A stretch of 44,520 nt of DNA, taken from assembly GCA_963517805.1 (NCBI GenBank), contig CAUQHD010000001.1, positions 1 to 44,520 of the forward strand, written 5' to 3'. This document shows, piece after piece, positions 1 to 6,940 of the stretch. Positions within the stretch are counted from its first letter, which is position 1. The number at the start of each line of letters is the position of its first letter. Source of the stretch: an uncultured Flavobacteriaceae bacterium. GTDB lineage: Bacteria; Bacteroidota; Bacteroidia; Flavobacteriales; Weeksellaceae. The position numbers were made by a program, and so were the translations under genes. A model generated the notes under the pieces. It had not been told where the DNA came from and ran no database searches. It worked only from the letters and a program-made list of their open reading frames with translations.

Positions 1-498
1 GTGCGGTATCTTTATGGTGTCCAGTATATGTACAGCAGACTTACCACCAGAGAATAACTCCTGAAGCCCTGCTGTAGCCTCTAAATCATACAGAGGCACC
101 TCCTGTATCTCATGTATGGAGTCTGCAGTCTTTCTATTGGTCGGTAGATTTTCTATAATATATGGATTATCTTCATTTGATGACATTTTTTTTACTTTTG
201 GTTTGTCATCAAAATTGTCATCGTTTTTATCATCATTTTTTTTGATGACATTTTCTTCACTTTTGGTTTTTACAATTTCTCCTATTCCAGTAATTAAATA
301 TTCAGCATTTATAAAATTAAATTCCATTACAGTATTCTGTATTACTTTTATCCCTGCATTACTCCTCCCTTTCAATATTTCATTCATCATAGAAGTGCTT
401 ATACCTATTTTTTTTGAAAAATCAGAGGGGTTAGTAATATAATTATTATTCATTAAATAATTATAAGCATCTATAAACCTGTTAGTTACTTCTTTCAT
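1..498 (-). CDS. Phage repressor with XRE-type HTH N-terminus and LexA/S24-peptidase-like C-terminal domain (partial; C-terminus beyond window start)
   Basis: Absent from the ORF track because it runs off the window. ATG is at 498-496 and I checked that all 166 codons down to position 1 are open. MKEVTNRFIDAYNYLMNNNYITNPSDFSKKIGISTSMMNEILKGRSN looks like an HTH, followed by a K/D/N-rich linker. IQEVPLYDLEATAGLQELFSGG resembles the start of an S24 domain. Divergent from the Cro/Ner-like gene. Confidence 0.75.
   Translation of the reverse strand, partial: MKEVTNRFIDAYNYLMNNNYITNPSDFSKKIGISTSMMNEILKGRSNAGIKVIQNTVMEFNFINAEYLITGIGEIVKTKSEENVIKKNDDKNDDNFDDKPKVKKMSSNEDNPYIIENLPTNRKTADSIHEIQEVPLYDLEATAGLQELFSGGKSAVHILDTIKIPH
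176..269. repeat. 29-bp direct repeat (176-204 and 241-269, 27/29 identical) plus four GATGACA/TGTCATC heptamers (179, 204, 216, 244)
   Basis: tttgatgacattttttttacttttggttt versus tttgatgacattttcttcacttttggttt. The 65-nt spacing is not a multiple of 3, so the two copies are read in different frames of the repressor ORF. Confidence 0.7.
328..341. promoter_or_regulatory. Operator-like 14-mer TACAGTATTCTGTA inside the repressor coding region
   Basis: Matches the TACAG-N4-CTGTA pattern of the two intergenic sites at 511 and 541. Confidence 0.3.
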
Positions 499-510
499 AT
501 AAAAATATTT

Positions 511-554
511 TACAGAATGTTGTAAATTTGTTTTGTTATATACAGAATTCTGTA
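511..554. promoter_or_regulatory. Putative repressor operators: TACAGAATGTTGTA (511-524) and perfect palindrome TACAGAATTCTGTA (541-554)
   Basis: Two near-identical 14-mers, 30 bp apart centre to centre, in the 86-bp gap between the divergent repressor and Cro/Ner-like genes. The second lies exactly between the predicted -33 and -7 elements. Confidence 0.5.
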
Positions 555-562
555 TATATTTG
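532..562 (+). promoter_or_regulatory. Putative early rightward promoter (Bacteroidota type: -33 TTTG 532-535, -7 TATATTTG 555-562)
   Basis: Fits the TTTG-N19-TAnnTTTG consensus of Bacteroidota sigma-A promoters, about 23 nt upstream of the ATG at 585. Confidence 0.45.
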
Positions 563-584
563 CATTGTAATTAAAAGCAAAGGT

Positions 585-764
585 ATGAATAAAAATAAGA
601 CACTTGCGGAAAAACTAAAAAATAAATTTCCGTCGTATGTAGAAATCGCTAAAAAATATGATACCCACCCAAACTATGTAGGGGATATAGCGAGGGGAAT
701 CCGAAAACCTATCAGAGGGAAAGGCTTAGAAATCAAGAAAGAGTTAGAAGAATTAGTAAAATAA
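585..764 (+). CDS. Small HTH DNA-binding protein, Cro/Ner-like early regulator
   Basis: Internal ATG (MNKNKTLAEKLKNKFPSYVEIAKKYDTHPNYVGDIARGIRKP...) of ORF 528-764. 59 aa, HTH-like segment, first gene of the rightward operon opposite the repressor, as for Mu ner. Confidence 0.6.
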   Translation: MNKNKTLAEKLKNKFPSYVEIAKKYDTHPNYVGDIARGIRKPIRGKGLEIKKELEELVK

Positions 765-770
765 ATAGAT

Positions 771-956
771 ATGAAAAAGTTAATCCACAAAATCCTTTGT
801 ATAAAGGTGTCCAGAGTTATCAGATTTTGGAATGACCCAGAGAACTCCATAGCGGTGCAGTCACTCTACCTATTTGGGCAAAGGCTCTGTGATGTAGGCA
901 CCCGCAGGGCTACCAAAAGAGAATTTATGAAATCCTTGAATTATTATCATCTATAA
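771..956 (+). CDS. Hypothetical early protein (61 aa)
   Basis: ORF starting 6 nt after the preceding stop, same strand as the early operon. No recognisable motif. Confidence 0.35.
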   Translation: MKKLIHKILCIKVSRVIRFWNDPENSIAVQSLYLFGQRLCDVGTRRATKREFMKSLNYYHL

Positions 957-982
957 AAATATGATAATAAAAAAACAACAAA

Positions 983-1261
983 ATGAGAGTAGCAATGAAT
1001 AAAATTAAAATTTATCTGAAACAGATTCTCTGTAATGTTTTTCGGGCATTATGGTCAGAGTCATCTCATGGTAAGCAGCAAAAGCCATCAGAGCGTTCAT
1101 TTTCAAATGAAGTTCGTAGAGATTTCCAGACAAATGAAGGTAATATTTATGGTCTTCCAAAGGCTGAATCCGAATATCCATTATCTCACAAAAAGAGAAT
1201 AGATGCTTGGTGTCAGATTCTACTTGAAGTTTATCAGAATCCGCAAAAATACTACAAATAA
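983..1261 (+). CDS. Hypothetical early protein (92 aa); competes with overlapping minus-strand ORF 1005-1313
   Basis: Same strand as the early operon with slightly more A/T at third codon positions than the antisense ORF. Not decisive. Confidence 0.3.
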   Translation: MRVAMNKIKIYLKQILCNVFRALWSESSHGKQQKPSERSFSNEVRRDFQTNEGNIYGLPKAESEYPLSHKKRIDAWCQILLEVYQNPQKYYK

Positions 1262-1327
1262 AGAAAAAATTTTGGTTAGACATATCACTAAAATTTTTGA
1301 TTAGACACCACAAATTTAGTGATTTTA

Positions 1328-1375
1328 TCCCAAAGTTGGTAAGACCAATTCAGCGAAGCGAAATCGCCTTTGGGA
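1328..1375 (+). other. Structured element: 8-bp closing stem TCCCAAAG/CTTTGGGA enclosing two small hairpins
   Basis: Closing stem 1328-1335 pairs with 1368-1375. Inner hairpins are TTGG-taaga-CCAA (1337-1349) and GCGA-agcgaaa-TCGC (1354-1368). It shares the TCCCAAA/TTTGGGA stem sequence with the element at 6888-6931. Confidence 0.4.
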
Positions 1376-1488
1376 GCAAAAGAAAACAAGAAAATGAATA
1401 TAGAAATTCCTATATGGTTATTGATTGTAATACTGGGCACTAATGTAACAATAGCGGCATCGCTCATGGATAGAATGAGAAATAAGGA

Positions 1489-1962
1489 TTAAAGGCGTTT
1501 GATGGAAGTACCTACGGCAAGAGAATGATAAGGATTAGTAATATTGTTTATCATATCATCAAGGGTTTTATTTTTCTCTTGATAAGGAGTTAAATAGTTT
1601 TGATGCACAGCAATGATGGCATTCTTATTTTCCTCCTTACAAACTACTGAAAGGGGAAACCAAAAATGATAGCGAATAACGATGAATTTTCGGTTATCCG
1701 CAATAATACTTACCACATCTCCTGTTTTGTATTTTCTTTTTTTACGATGATAAAACCATCTGAATAAATAAAATGTGAAATAAGGAGCAATAATACAAAG
1801 TACCAATAACCCAATGGGAATAGAAATATAAGTGAATAAAAAATTATAGTGCGAAGCTGCTAATGTAAATAATGCAGTGATGAGGACAGCCCAAGTATTG
1901 ATGCGGTTTAAGACTCTAAATACTTTATCAAAAAACTTATTCATTATATCAATTTTAAGCAA
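1489..1962 (-). CDS. Membrane protein (two TM helices plus small YodC/DUF2158-like C-terminal domain), antisense to the early operon
   Basis: 157-aa ORF. Hydrophobic segments are WAVLITALFTLAASHYNFLF and IPIGLLVLCIIAPYFTFYLF. KTGDVVSIIADNRKFIVIRY...VVCKEE resembles the GD.V...V.C pattern of DUF2158. It is the only long ORF between 1262 and 2013. Confidence 0.55.
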   Translation of the reverse strand: MLKIDIMNKFFDKVFRVLNRINTWAVLITALFTLAASHYNFLFTYISIPIGLLVLCIIAPYFTFYLFRWFYHRKKRKYKTGDVVSIIADNRKFIVIRYHFWFPLSVVCKEENKNAIIAVHQNYLTPYQEKNKTLDDMINNITNPYHSLAVGTSIKRL

Positions 1963-2013
1963 AAGTACAAAAAAAGCACTGGCAAATAGCTGGAAGTAAA
2001 AAGCAAAATTAAA

Positions 2014-4116
2014 ATGAACTTACAACCCACAGATATCATCATACGAAAAACCGACAGCACGGAGACGCTCTGGCTCTCTCAGAGGTTGATAATGGAGGTG
2101 TGTGGGATAAGTGAGGGATATTTAAGACAAGTTGTTAGACCTCGCTATGAAAACACAGTGAGAAAGTGCGACCTGGCAAAGAGTAAGGAGTTTTTACCCG
2201 ACAGCGGTAAGGCATGGAGATGGGCAAGAACGGGCAACAGCTTCTACTACTGCCTGGATAATATCCCAGATAGAGCACCGAAGCACTACCGCTCTATGTT
2301 CGGCGATGCAGAAACCCTGCGCGAGCTGTGGGAGCAGAGCAGACAGAATAAATTTGAAAGTGAGCTGGAACTGCGTTTTAAACGCCATGTAAAGGCTAAT
2401 TTTAGGAACTTTTTAGAGTTCTATACCGATGCTGACGAGGTACAGCGCCCCGCACTGGCTAAGGCATGTGCTGTGCTGGATTTTATTTTAGATGAAAAAG
2501 ACAGCTACGGCGGAACAAAGAATAAGATTTATAAGGATTTAAGCCCAATTCTAAAAGAAATGGACTTACAATATATCCCGCATAATCCTATAAGATTAAA
2601 GGAAAAAATAGACATCTTGGAGGAGTTTGACCATGCTATACCAGAAATCATCCACCTTCCGAGGGTAGGAAATCTCAATGCGGAGGTATATAACGACCCT
2701 GTGGTTTTCGGCTGGGCAATGCAGCTGAGAGCAGAAGGAGCAAACTTTACAGATAAATATATTATCCGCCAGATATGGGAGGCATGCGAAAGAACAGGAA
2801 GAAGAAAACCATCCGACAGATGGTTTGGGCAGAAGATATTTGAAACGGCTCACGCTCAGTTTTTGACAGCTCAAAAACGATATGGAAGCAGTAAAAAAGC
2901 CAATATACATAAGTCATACATCCCATTTGCTGATGCTTTTTATGCTGGTGACTGCTGGGAAGTGGATGCTACAAGGGTCAATATCATAGCCCACCAGACC
3001 AAAGATAAAAATGGAAATAAGGTAGAAAGACATCTAATGGTGGTGGTAGTTCGGGATGTAATGAGCGGAGATATTCTGGGATATGATTTTACCTATGCAG
3101 AAGACCACTCCAGCTTTGCAAGAGCCATGAAAATGGCAGTACAGACAGCAGGATATCTGCCTTATGAACTAGTAACTGACCGTTTCCCAGGGCATAATAC
3201 AGACCAGATAAAACGGCTGTTTGAGAGAATGGAAGCGATGGGGGTTATCGTTACGATGAGTCACAATGCTAAGGAAAAAGCAGGAATAGAGCGGTGGTTT
3301 GGAACTTTCCAGAGTGTCATTCTGATGGGGTCAAAATATTACTACGGAGAAGGGATTACTTCTACAAGACTGACCGCCCAAAGAAGCCCAGAATATCTGG
3401 CAAAACTAAAAAAAGAAAGCAGGAAAGCGGGATTTGATGTAGTGCAGGCTTATACAGAATGTGAAACGCTGATAGAACAATGGAGGAATTTAAAATACTC
3501 CTACTACAGCCGGAAACATGCTAATCTGCATAAAACTCCAAAGGAACTGCATAATGAAAGCGAAAAGAAGCATGTAACCTTTGTAAACAGACTGCAGACC
3601 TCTATGCTCTTTGACTTGAAAAAAGAGATTACAATAAGAAATAATGGACAGTTCCATTTAGAGATGATGGGGGTAAAATTCTACTACCAGATAGATGTAG
3701 AGGATTACGAAATTATTGCCAAATACCATAACAAACAGGTTTTGGTTTCTTATGATTTGGATGATTTAAACGAGGTCTACCTGTGGAGAGAACATGGCAA
3801 TTTATTGGTCTCATTATGTACAGCACAGGAGCTTAAGCCAATAGTGAAACATGGACCAGGCAAAGAACTGGGCAAAATTTCACAGCAGAAAGCAAGAGAA
3901 CGCCGTATAGAAGAACTGAAGCAGCAGGATTTAGACCAATATACAGCTGTTGCGAATGAGGAGGAACTATTATTAGGAATAAATACGGATAAGAAGAAGG
4001 CCAATGGATTTGAGGACTACTACAATGGAGTAAATATTCCTCTAAAAAAAGTATCAGGAAGCGACATTGCCCCTGATGACTTTGAAAACAGCTTTCTAAA
4101 CAAGAAAGACTATTAA
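2014..4116 (+). CDS. Mu-type DDE transposase (rve/integrase core, MuA-like)
   Basis: 700 aa with an N-terminal HTH-like DNA-binding region. Candidate catalytic triad contexts are CWEVDATRVN, LVTDRFPGHN and GIERWFGTFQ. Directly followed by a MuB-like ATPase. Confidence 0.9.
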   Translation: MNLQPTDIIIRKTDSTETLWLSQRLIMEVCGISEGYLRQVVRPRYENTVRKCDLAKSKEFLPDSGKAWRWARTGNSFYYCLDNIPDRAPKHYRSMFGDAETLRELWEQSRQNKFESELELRFKRHVKANFRNFLEFYTDADEVQRPALAKACAVLDFILDEKDSYGGTKNKIYKDLSPILKEMDLQYIPHNPIRLKEKIDILEEFDHAIPEIIHLPRVGNLNAEVYNDPVVFGWAMQLRAEGANFTDKYIIRQIWEACERTGRRKPSDRWFGQKIFETAHAQFLTAQKRYGSSKKANIHKSYIPFADAFYAGDCWEVDATRVNIIAHQTKDKNGNKVERHLMVVVVRDVMSGDILGYDFTYAEDHSSFARAMKMAVQTAGYLPYELVTDRFPGHNTDQIKRLFERMEAMGVIVTMSHNAKEKAGIERWFGTFQSVILMGSKYYYGEGITSTRLTAQRSPEYLAKLKKESRKAGFDVVQAYTECETLIEQWRNLKYSYYSRKHANLHKTPKELHNESEKKHVTFVNRLQTSMLFDLKKEITIRNNGQFHLEMMGVKFYYQIDVEDYEIIAKYHNKQVLVSYDLDDLNEVYLWREHGNLLVSLCTAQELKPIVKHGPGKELGKISQQKARERRIEELKQQDLDQYTAVANEEELLLGINTDKKKANGFEDYYNGVNIPLKKVSGSDIAPDDFENSFLNKKDY

Positions 4117-4128
4117 AAATAAATAGAT

Positions 4129-5052
4129 ATGACAAATTTACAAAAAAAAGAGATAGTACAAGCTATCCATGAAGAAAAAGTCCGATTAGGTAGCTATGCA
4201 AGGGTAGCTACCAAAGTCGGAGTTTCAGAGGCTACAATCTCCCAAATGAGAAATGACAACTGGGATAAAATCGCAGACGGCCTATGGACAAAGGTAGCAC
4301 AGGCATTAGGTTTTACTTCTGATGAGTGGCAGCTTGCCGAAACATTGAATTTCAGAAAGATTACTAATGTTTTAAATGACGCCAAAAATGAAAGCATGTT
4401 TATGGCCATCAGCTATAAGGCAGGAAGTGGAAAAACAGCTACTCTAAAGCATTATTCAGAGGTAAACAGCGAGGAAAATGTGTTTTTCATCCAAGCCAGA
4501 GAGTGGGCAAAGAGGGATTTTCTTTTAGAATTGTGCCAAAAACTAGGAATTGATGCAGGAAAAGGCTATGTAGGGGTAGATAAATTAGGAATGAAAGTGA
4601 TAGACTTTTTTGCAAAGAGACAAAGCAGAAAACCTCTTTTAATCGTAGATGAAGCTGACAAACTCCGTCCTTCTGCCCTCCGTTGGTTTATTACTCTTTA
4701 TAACGAGCTGGAGGATAAAATGGCGGTTGTAATAGCAGGGACTGAAAACTTAGAAAAGACTATAAGCAAAGGGGTTAAATATAATAAACTCGGTTTTGAT
4801 GAGATTTCAAGCCGTTTCGGAAGAAAATTTATCAATAACCTGCTGGGGGCAAGAAAAGAAGATGTGGAGCTGATATGTAGAGCTAATGGCATTGATGATA
4901 AGGCTATGATAAGTAAAATTTTTGAAGAATGCGAACCAGTCAATATTGTTATACAGGAGCAGAGCATTAAGGTTGTTGAAGATTTAAGAAGACTTAAAAG
5001 AGTGATAAAAAGAGAGTTAATACAACAAAAATATGAAATGTCTAATAATTAA
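4129..5052 (+). CDS. MuB-like AAA+ ATPase, transposition target-DNA activator
   Basis: N-terminal HTH (VGVSEATISQMRND), Walker A GSGKT and Walker B LLIVDEAD. Sits immediately downstream of the transposase. Confidence 0.85.
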   Translation: MTNLQKKEIVQAIHEEKVRLGSYARVATKVGVSEATISQMRNDNWDKIADGLWTKVAQALGFTSDEWQLAETLNFRKITNVLNDAKNESMFMAISYKAGSGKTATLKHYSEVNSEENVFFIQAREWAKRDFLLELCQKLGIDAGKGYVGVDKLGMKVIDFFAKRQSRKPLLIVDEADKLRPSALRWFITLYNELEDKMAVVIAGTENLEKTISKGVKYNKLGFDEISSRFGRKFINNLLGARKEDVELICRANGIDDKAMISKIFEECEPVNIVIQEQSIKVVEDLRRLKRVIKRELIQQKYEMSNN

Positions 5053-5063
5053 AACCAACCATC

Positions 5064-5231
5064 ATGACAGAACTATTTGAGCCCAACCTTGAGGAGTTGG
5101 AAGTAATGATAAAAGAAATAGAGAAACAAATGGAAGATGCCGACAGCCTTGCAGAGTGGAAAGAACTACAGCATCAGTTGGATGAATTACTAGAGAGACA
5201 AAAACAATTATTAGAAAATCAAGAAAAATAA
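5064..5231 (+). CDS. Small acidic coiled-coil protein (55 aa)
   Basis: Below the ORF-track cut-off. My translation is MTELFEPNLEELEVMIKEIEKQMEDADSLAEWKELQHQLDELLERQKQLLENQEK. It fills the gap between flanking genes exactly. Confidence 0.4.
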   Translation: MTELFEPNLEELEVMIKEIEKQMEDADSLAEWKELQHQLDELLERQKQLLENQEK

Positions 5232-5237
5232 AAGATT

Positions 5238-5903
5238 ATGACAACAATAGAAGAATTACTAAAAAAGCCCATTACAGAACTTTCCAGCATAGAAATGGAG
5301 CAGGTAATGGCACACAAGAAAAAAGAAGAATTTGAGGCAGAACAAGCTAGAAAACAAGCAGTTGAAAATGAATGCGACCTCCTTGTAAATGCTATTGTAG
5401 AGGAATACAGCCAAAAAAGTGAAGATTTACGAATTTGGAAAGATTTACAGGCAGAAGCCATCATAAATCATCACAAGAAAATGTATGAAAGCCTGGGAAC
5501 AGAACCAAAAGAAACGAAATCAATCACTCACAAGACCAAAGATGGTAAACGAAAAGTAGTGTTAGAATATGCGGACAAGTTTGGTTTCAACAACGAAGCA
5601 GTGGTGCATATTGATAAAATAAAAGAAATCATCAAACGAGAATTCGCAGATACTAATCCTAAATTATTCGGATTTGTAGAGAGTATTTTGGTAAAAAATA
5701 GTGCAGGGGATTATGACCCTAAACTATTAACTAAAGCAAGAAAAGAGGCTGAAAAGCTGGATAATCCGCAAGAGATTTTAGAAGAGTTTGATAAGTTGGA
5801 AAAATGTAAAGTCATTGAGGGAACTTCCCGATATGTAAGAGCTTATGAGAAAGACAAAAACAATAAATGGCAGGGAATAACACTAAATTTTTCAGCACTT
5901 TAA
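5238..5903 (+). CDS. DUF3164-like Mu-type early protein
   Basis: 221 aa. The C-terminal SRYVRAYEKDKNNKWQGITLNF resembles the Y[IV]RfYer...W..I.L ending I recall for DUF3164 proteins of Mu-like phages. Confidence 0.55.
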   Translation: MTTIEELLKKPITELSSIEMEQVMAHKKKEEFEAEQARKQAVENECDLLVNAIVEEYSQKSEDLRIWKDLQAEAIINHHKKMYESLGTEPKETKSITHKTKDGKRKVVLEYADKFGFNNEAVVHIDKIKEIIKREFADTNPKLFGFVESILVKNSAGDYDPKLLTKARKEAEKLDNPQEILEEFDKLEKCKVIEGTSRYVRAYEKDKNNKWQGITLNFSAL

Positions 5904-5916
5904 AACTAAAATAAAA

Positions 5917-6066
5917 ATGGACAAAATAGAAGAAATCACAGAAGCAGTAAAAGAGTTTTTCGAGAGAGAAACAAAAGAACTTAGCAAAGAAGAATATCAA
6001 GAAGTTTTGAGAGAACTTATCTCTGATTTTGCAATAATGCTGGATGCTTCAAAACGAGAGGATTAA
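5917..6066 (+). CDS. Small acidic protein (49 aa)
   Basis: My translation is MDKIEEITEAVKEFFERETKELSKEEYQEVLRELISDFAIMLDASKRED. It packs tightly after the preceding gene. Confidence 0.4.
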   Translation: MDKIEEITEAVKEFFERETKELSKEEYQEVLRELISDFAIMLDASKRED

Positions 6067-6076
6067 ATCCTAACCT

Positions 6077-6118
6077 TTCCGCACAGGCAGGCACCGATGT
6101 TCGAGCCATCGGGCGGAG
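6077..6118 (+). ncRNA. tRNA top-half-like minihelix 1 (acceptor-like stem plus canonical T-arm; no D or anticodon arm)
   Basis: TTCCGC (6077-6082) pairs with GCGGAG (6113-6118). An 11-nt linker follows, then stem CCGATG/CATCGG with 7-nt loop TTCGAGC (6100-6106). The G-C pair closing the loop matches tRNA G53:C61. Gives a 12-bp coaxial stack. Confidence 0.45.
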
Positions 6119-6153
6119 CAAAAGATAATTTTAAGAAAAAATTAAAGTGTAAA

Positions 6154-6381
6154 ATGACAAAGAAACAAATTATTGAGCTGATATTAAATACAGCAGGTTT
6201 TGAATTAAAAGAATATGAAATTATTAGAGCAGGTTCATTAACAGGATATGAAGGAACGGCTTATGATGGAAAAGGAGGGTTTATAGATTTCGCAACAGAC
6301 TCATTTGAAGATGCAATAAGAGAAATATTAGAAGATATCTATAATACCAAAAATGTTGAATTTAATACAATATTAAAGTAA
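6154..6381 (+). CDS. Small acidic early protein (75 aa)
   Basis: Internal ATG (MTKKQIIELILNTAGFELKEY...) of ORF 6097-6381. The longer start would translate through the structured element at 6077-6118. Confidence 0.55.
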   Translation: MTKKQIIELILNTAGFELKEYEIIRAGSLTGYEGTAYDGKGGFIDFATDSFEDAIREILEDIYNTKNVEFNTILK

Positions 6382-6647
6382 TGGAAATCCTAAAAATGTT
6401 TGCCCTTGTGGTATTGCAGAATGCGAGTTTTACCCTTGTGAGCAGGGCAAGAAACAGCAGCAGCTTGATGTATCATACTATTGCCAGTGTGCTCAGTAAC
6501 GGAGTCTGGCTCCTTGTGATTAGAAAAGTAGTACAGAATTTTGACAGTCTAGATATGATGCTTACTTACCTTGTAGGTTCAGTTGTCGGAAGTGTTTTAA
6601 TGCACTATGTATCAATGAAATATTTTGAAAATAATAATAAAAAATAA
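6381..6647 (+). CDS. Small multi-pass membrane protein (DUF5698/UPF0316-like)
   Basis: 88 aa with about three hydrophobic segments. LQNASFTLVSRARNSSSLMYHTIASVLSNGVWLLVI resembles the N..TLR...RG...A....F.E..W pattern. TAATG overlap with the upstream gene. Confidence 0.5.
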   Translation: MEILKMFALVVLQNASFTLVSRARNSSSLMYHTIASVLSNGVWLLVIRKVVQNFDSLDMMLTYLVGSVVGSVLMHYVSMKYFENNNKK

Positions 6648-6654
6648 ATAAAAA

Positions 6655-6876
6655 ATGGAAAAGAAATTTTTTGCAAAAATCAACAACGGCAACACGAAAT
6701 ACACTCTTTATTTTGGTAGTAAGAAAAATCTGGAAGAGTTTGAGGAAATGGTTTTTAACTGTATTAAAAATCCAAAAAAATACACAAGTGTAATTTACAT
6801 GGGCATTGATGAGAAGACCATTTTACCTGCAAAATTCTTAAACGAAAGTGTAATTACATTCTCAAAAAGTGAATAA
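6655..6876 (+). CDS. Hypothetical early protein (73 aa)
   Basis: ORF in operon orientation with no recognisable motif. Confidence 0.5.
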   Translation: MEKKFFAKINNGNTKYTLYFGSKKNLEEFEEMVFNCIKNPKKYTSVIYMGIDEKTILPAKFLNESVITFSKSE

Positions 6877-6887
6877 AAAAACTCTAT

Positions 6888-6931
6888 TTCCCAAATGGTT
6901 CATGTAGGCGGTTCGATTCCGCCTTTGGGAA
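6888..6931 (+). ncRNA. tRNA top-half-like minihelix 2 (acceptor-like stem plus canonical T-arm)
   Basis: TTCCCAAA (6888-6895) pairs perfectly with TTTGGGAA (6924-6931). An 11-nt linker follows, then stem GGCGG/CCGCC with loop TTCGATT (6912-6918). The T-stem abuts the 3' acceptor strand as in tRNA. Lies in an intergenic gap. Confidence 0.5.
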
Positions 6932-6940
6932 CAAATAAAA

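Noticed and set aside
116-442. Plus-strand 108-aa ORF rich in F/S/L
   Set aside because: It is the antisense shadow of the repressor gene on the minus strand (1-498). The composition is low-complexity and there is no promoter or coupling context.
1005-1313. Minus-strand 102-aa ORF overlapping plus-strand ORF 983-1261
   Set aside because: Not resolved rather than firmly rejected. Third-position composition slightly favours the plus-strand ORF. However, the minus ORF could form a leftward pair with 1489-1962. It needs transcript or homology data.
6097-6153. Long N-terminal extension of ORF 6097-6381 (MFEPSGGAKDNFKKKLKCK)
   Set aside because: The extension starts inside the tRNA-like minihelix and has no coupling to the upstream gene. 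The internal ATG at 6154 gives a compact protein.
6888-6931. Reading the T-arm-containing elements as tRNA 3'-end att remnants or plain terminators
   Set aside because: An att remnant would not carry a perfectly complementary 5' acceptor strand 28 nt upstream. No T run follows either element. There is no integrase in this transposable phage. No full cloverleaf can be drawn, so they are not genuine tRNA genes either.
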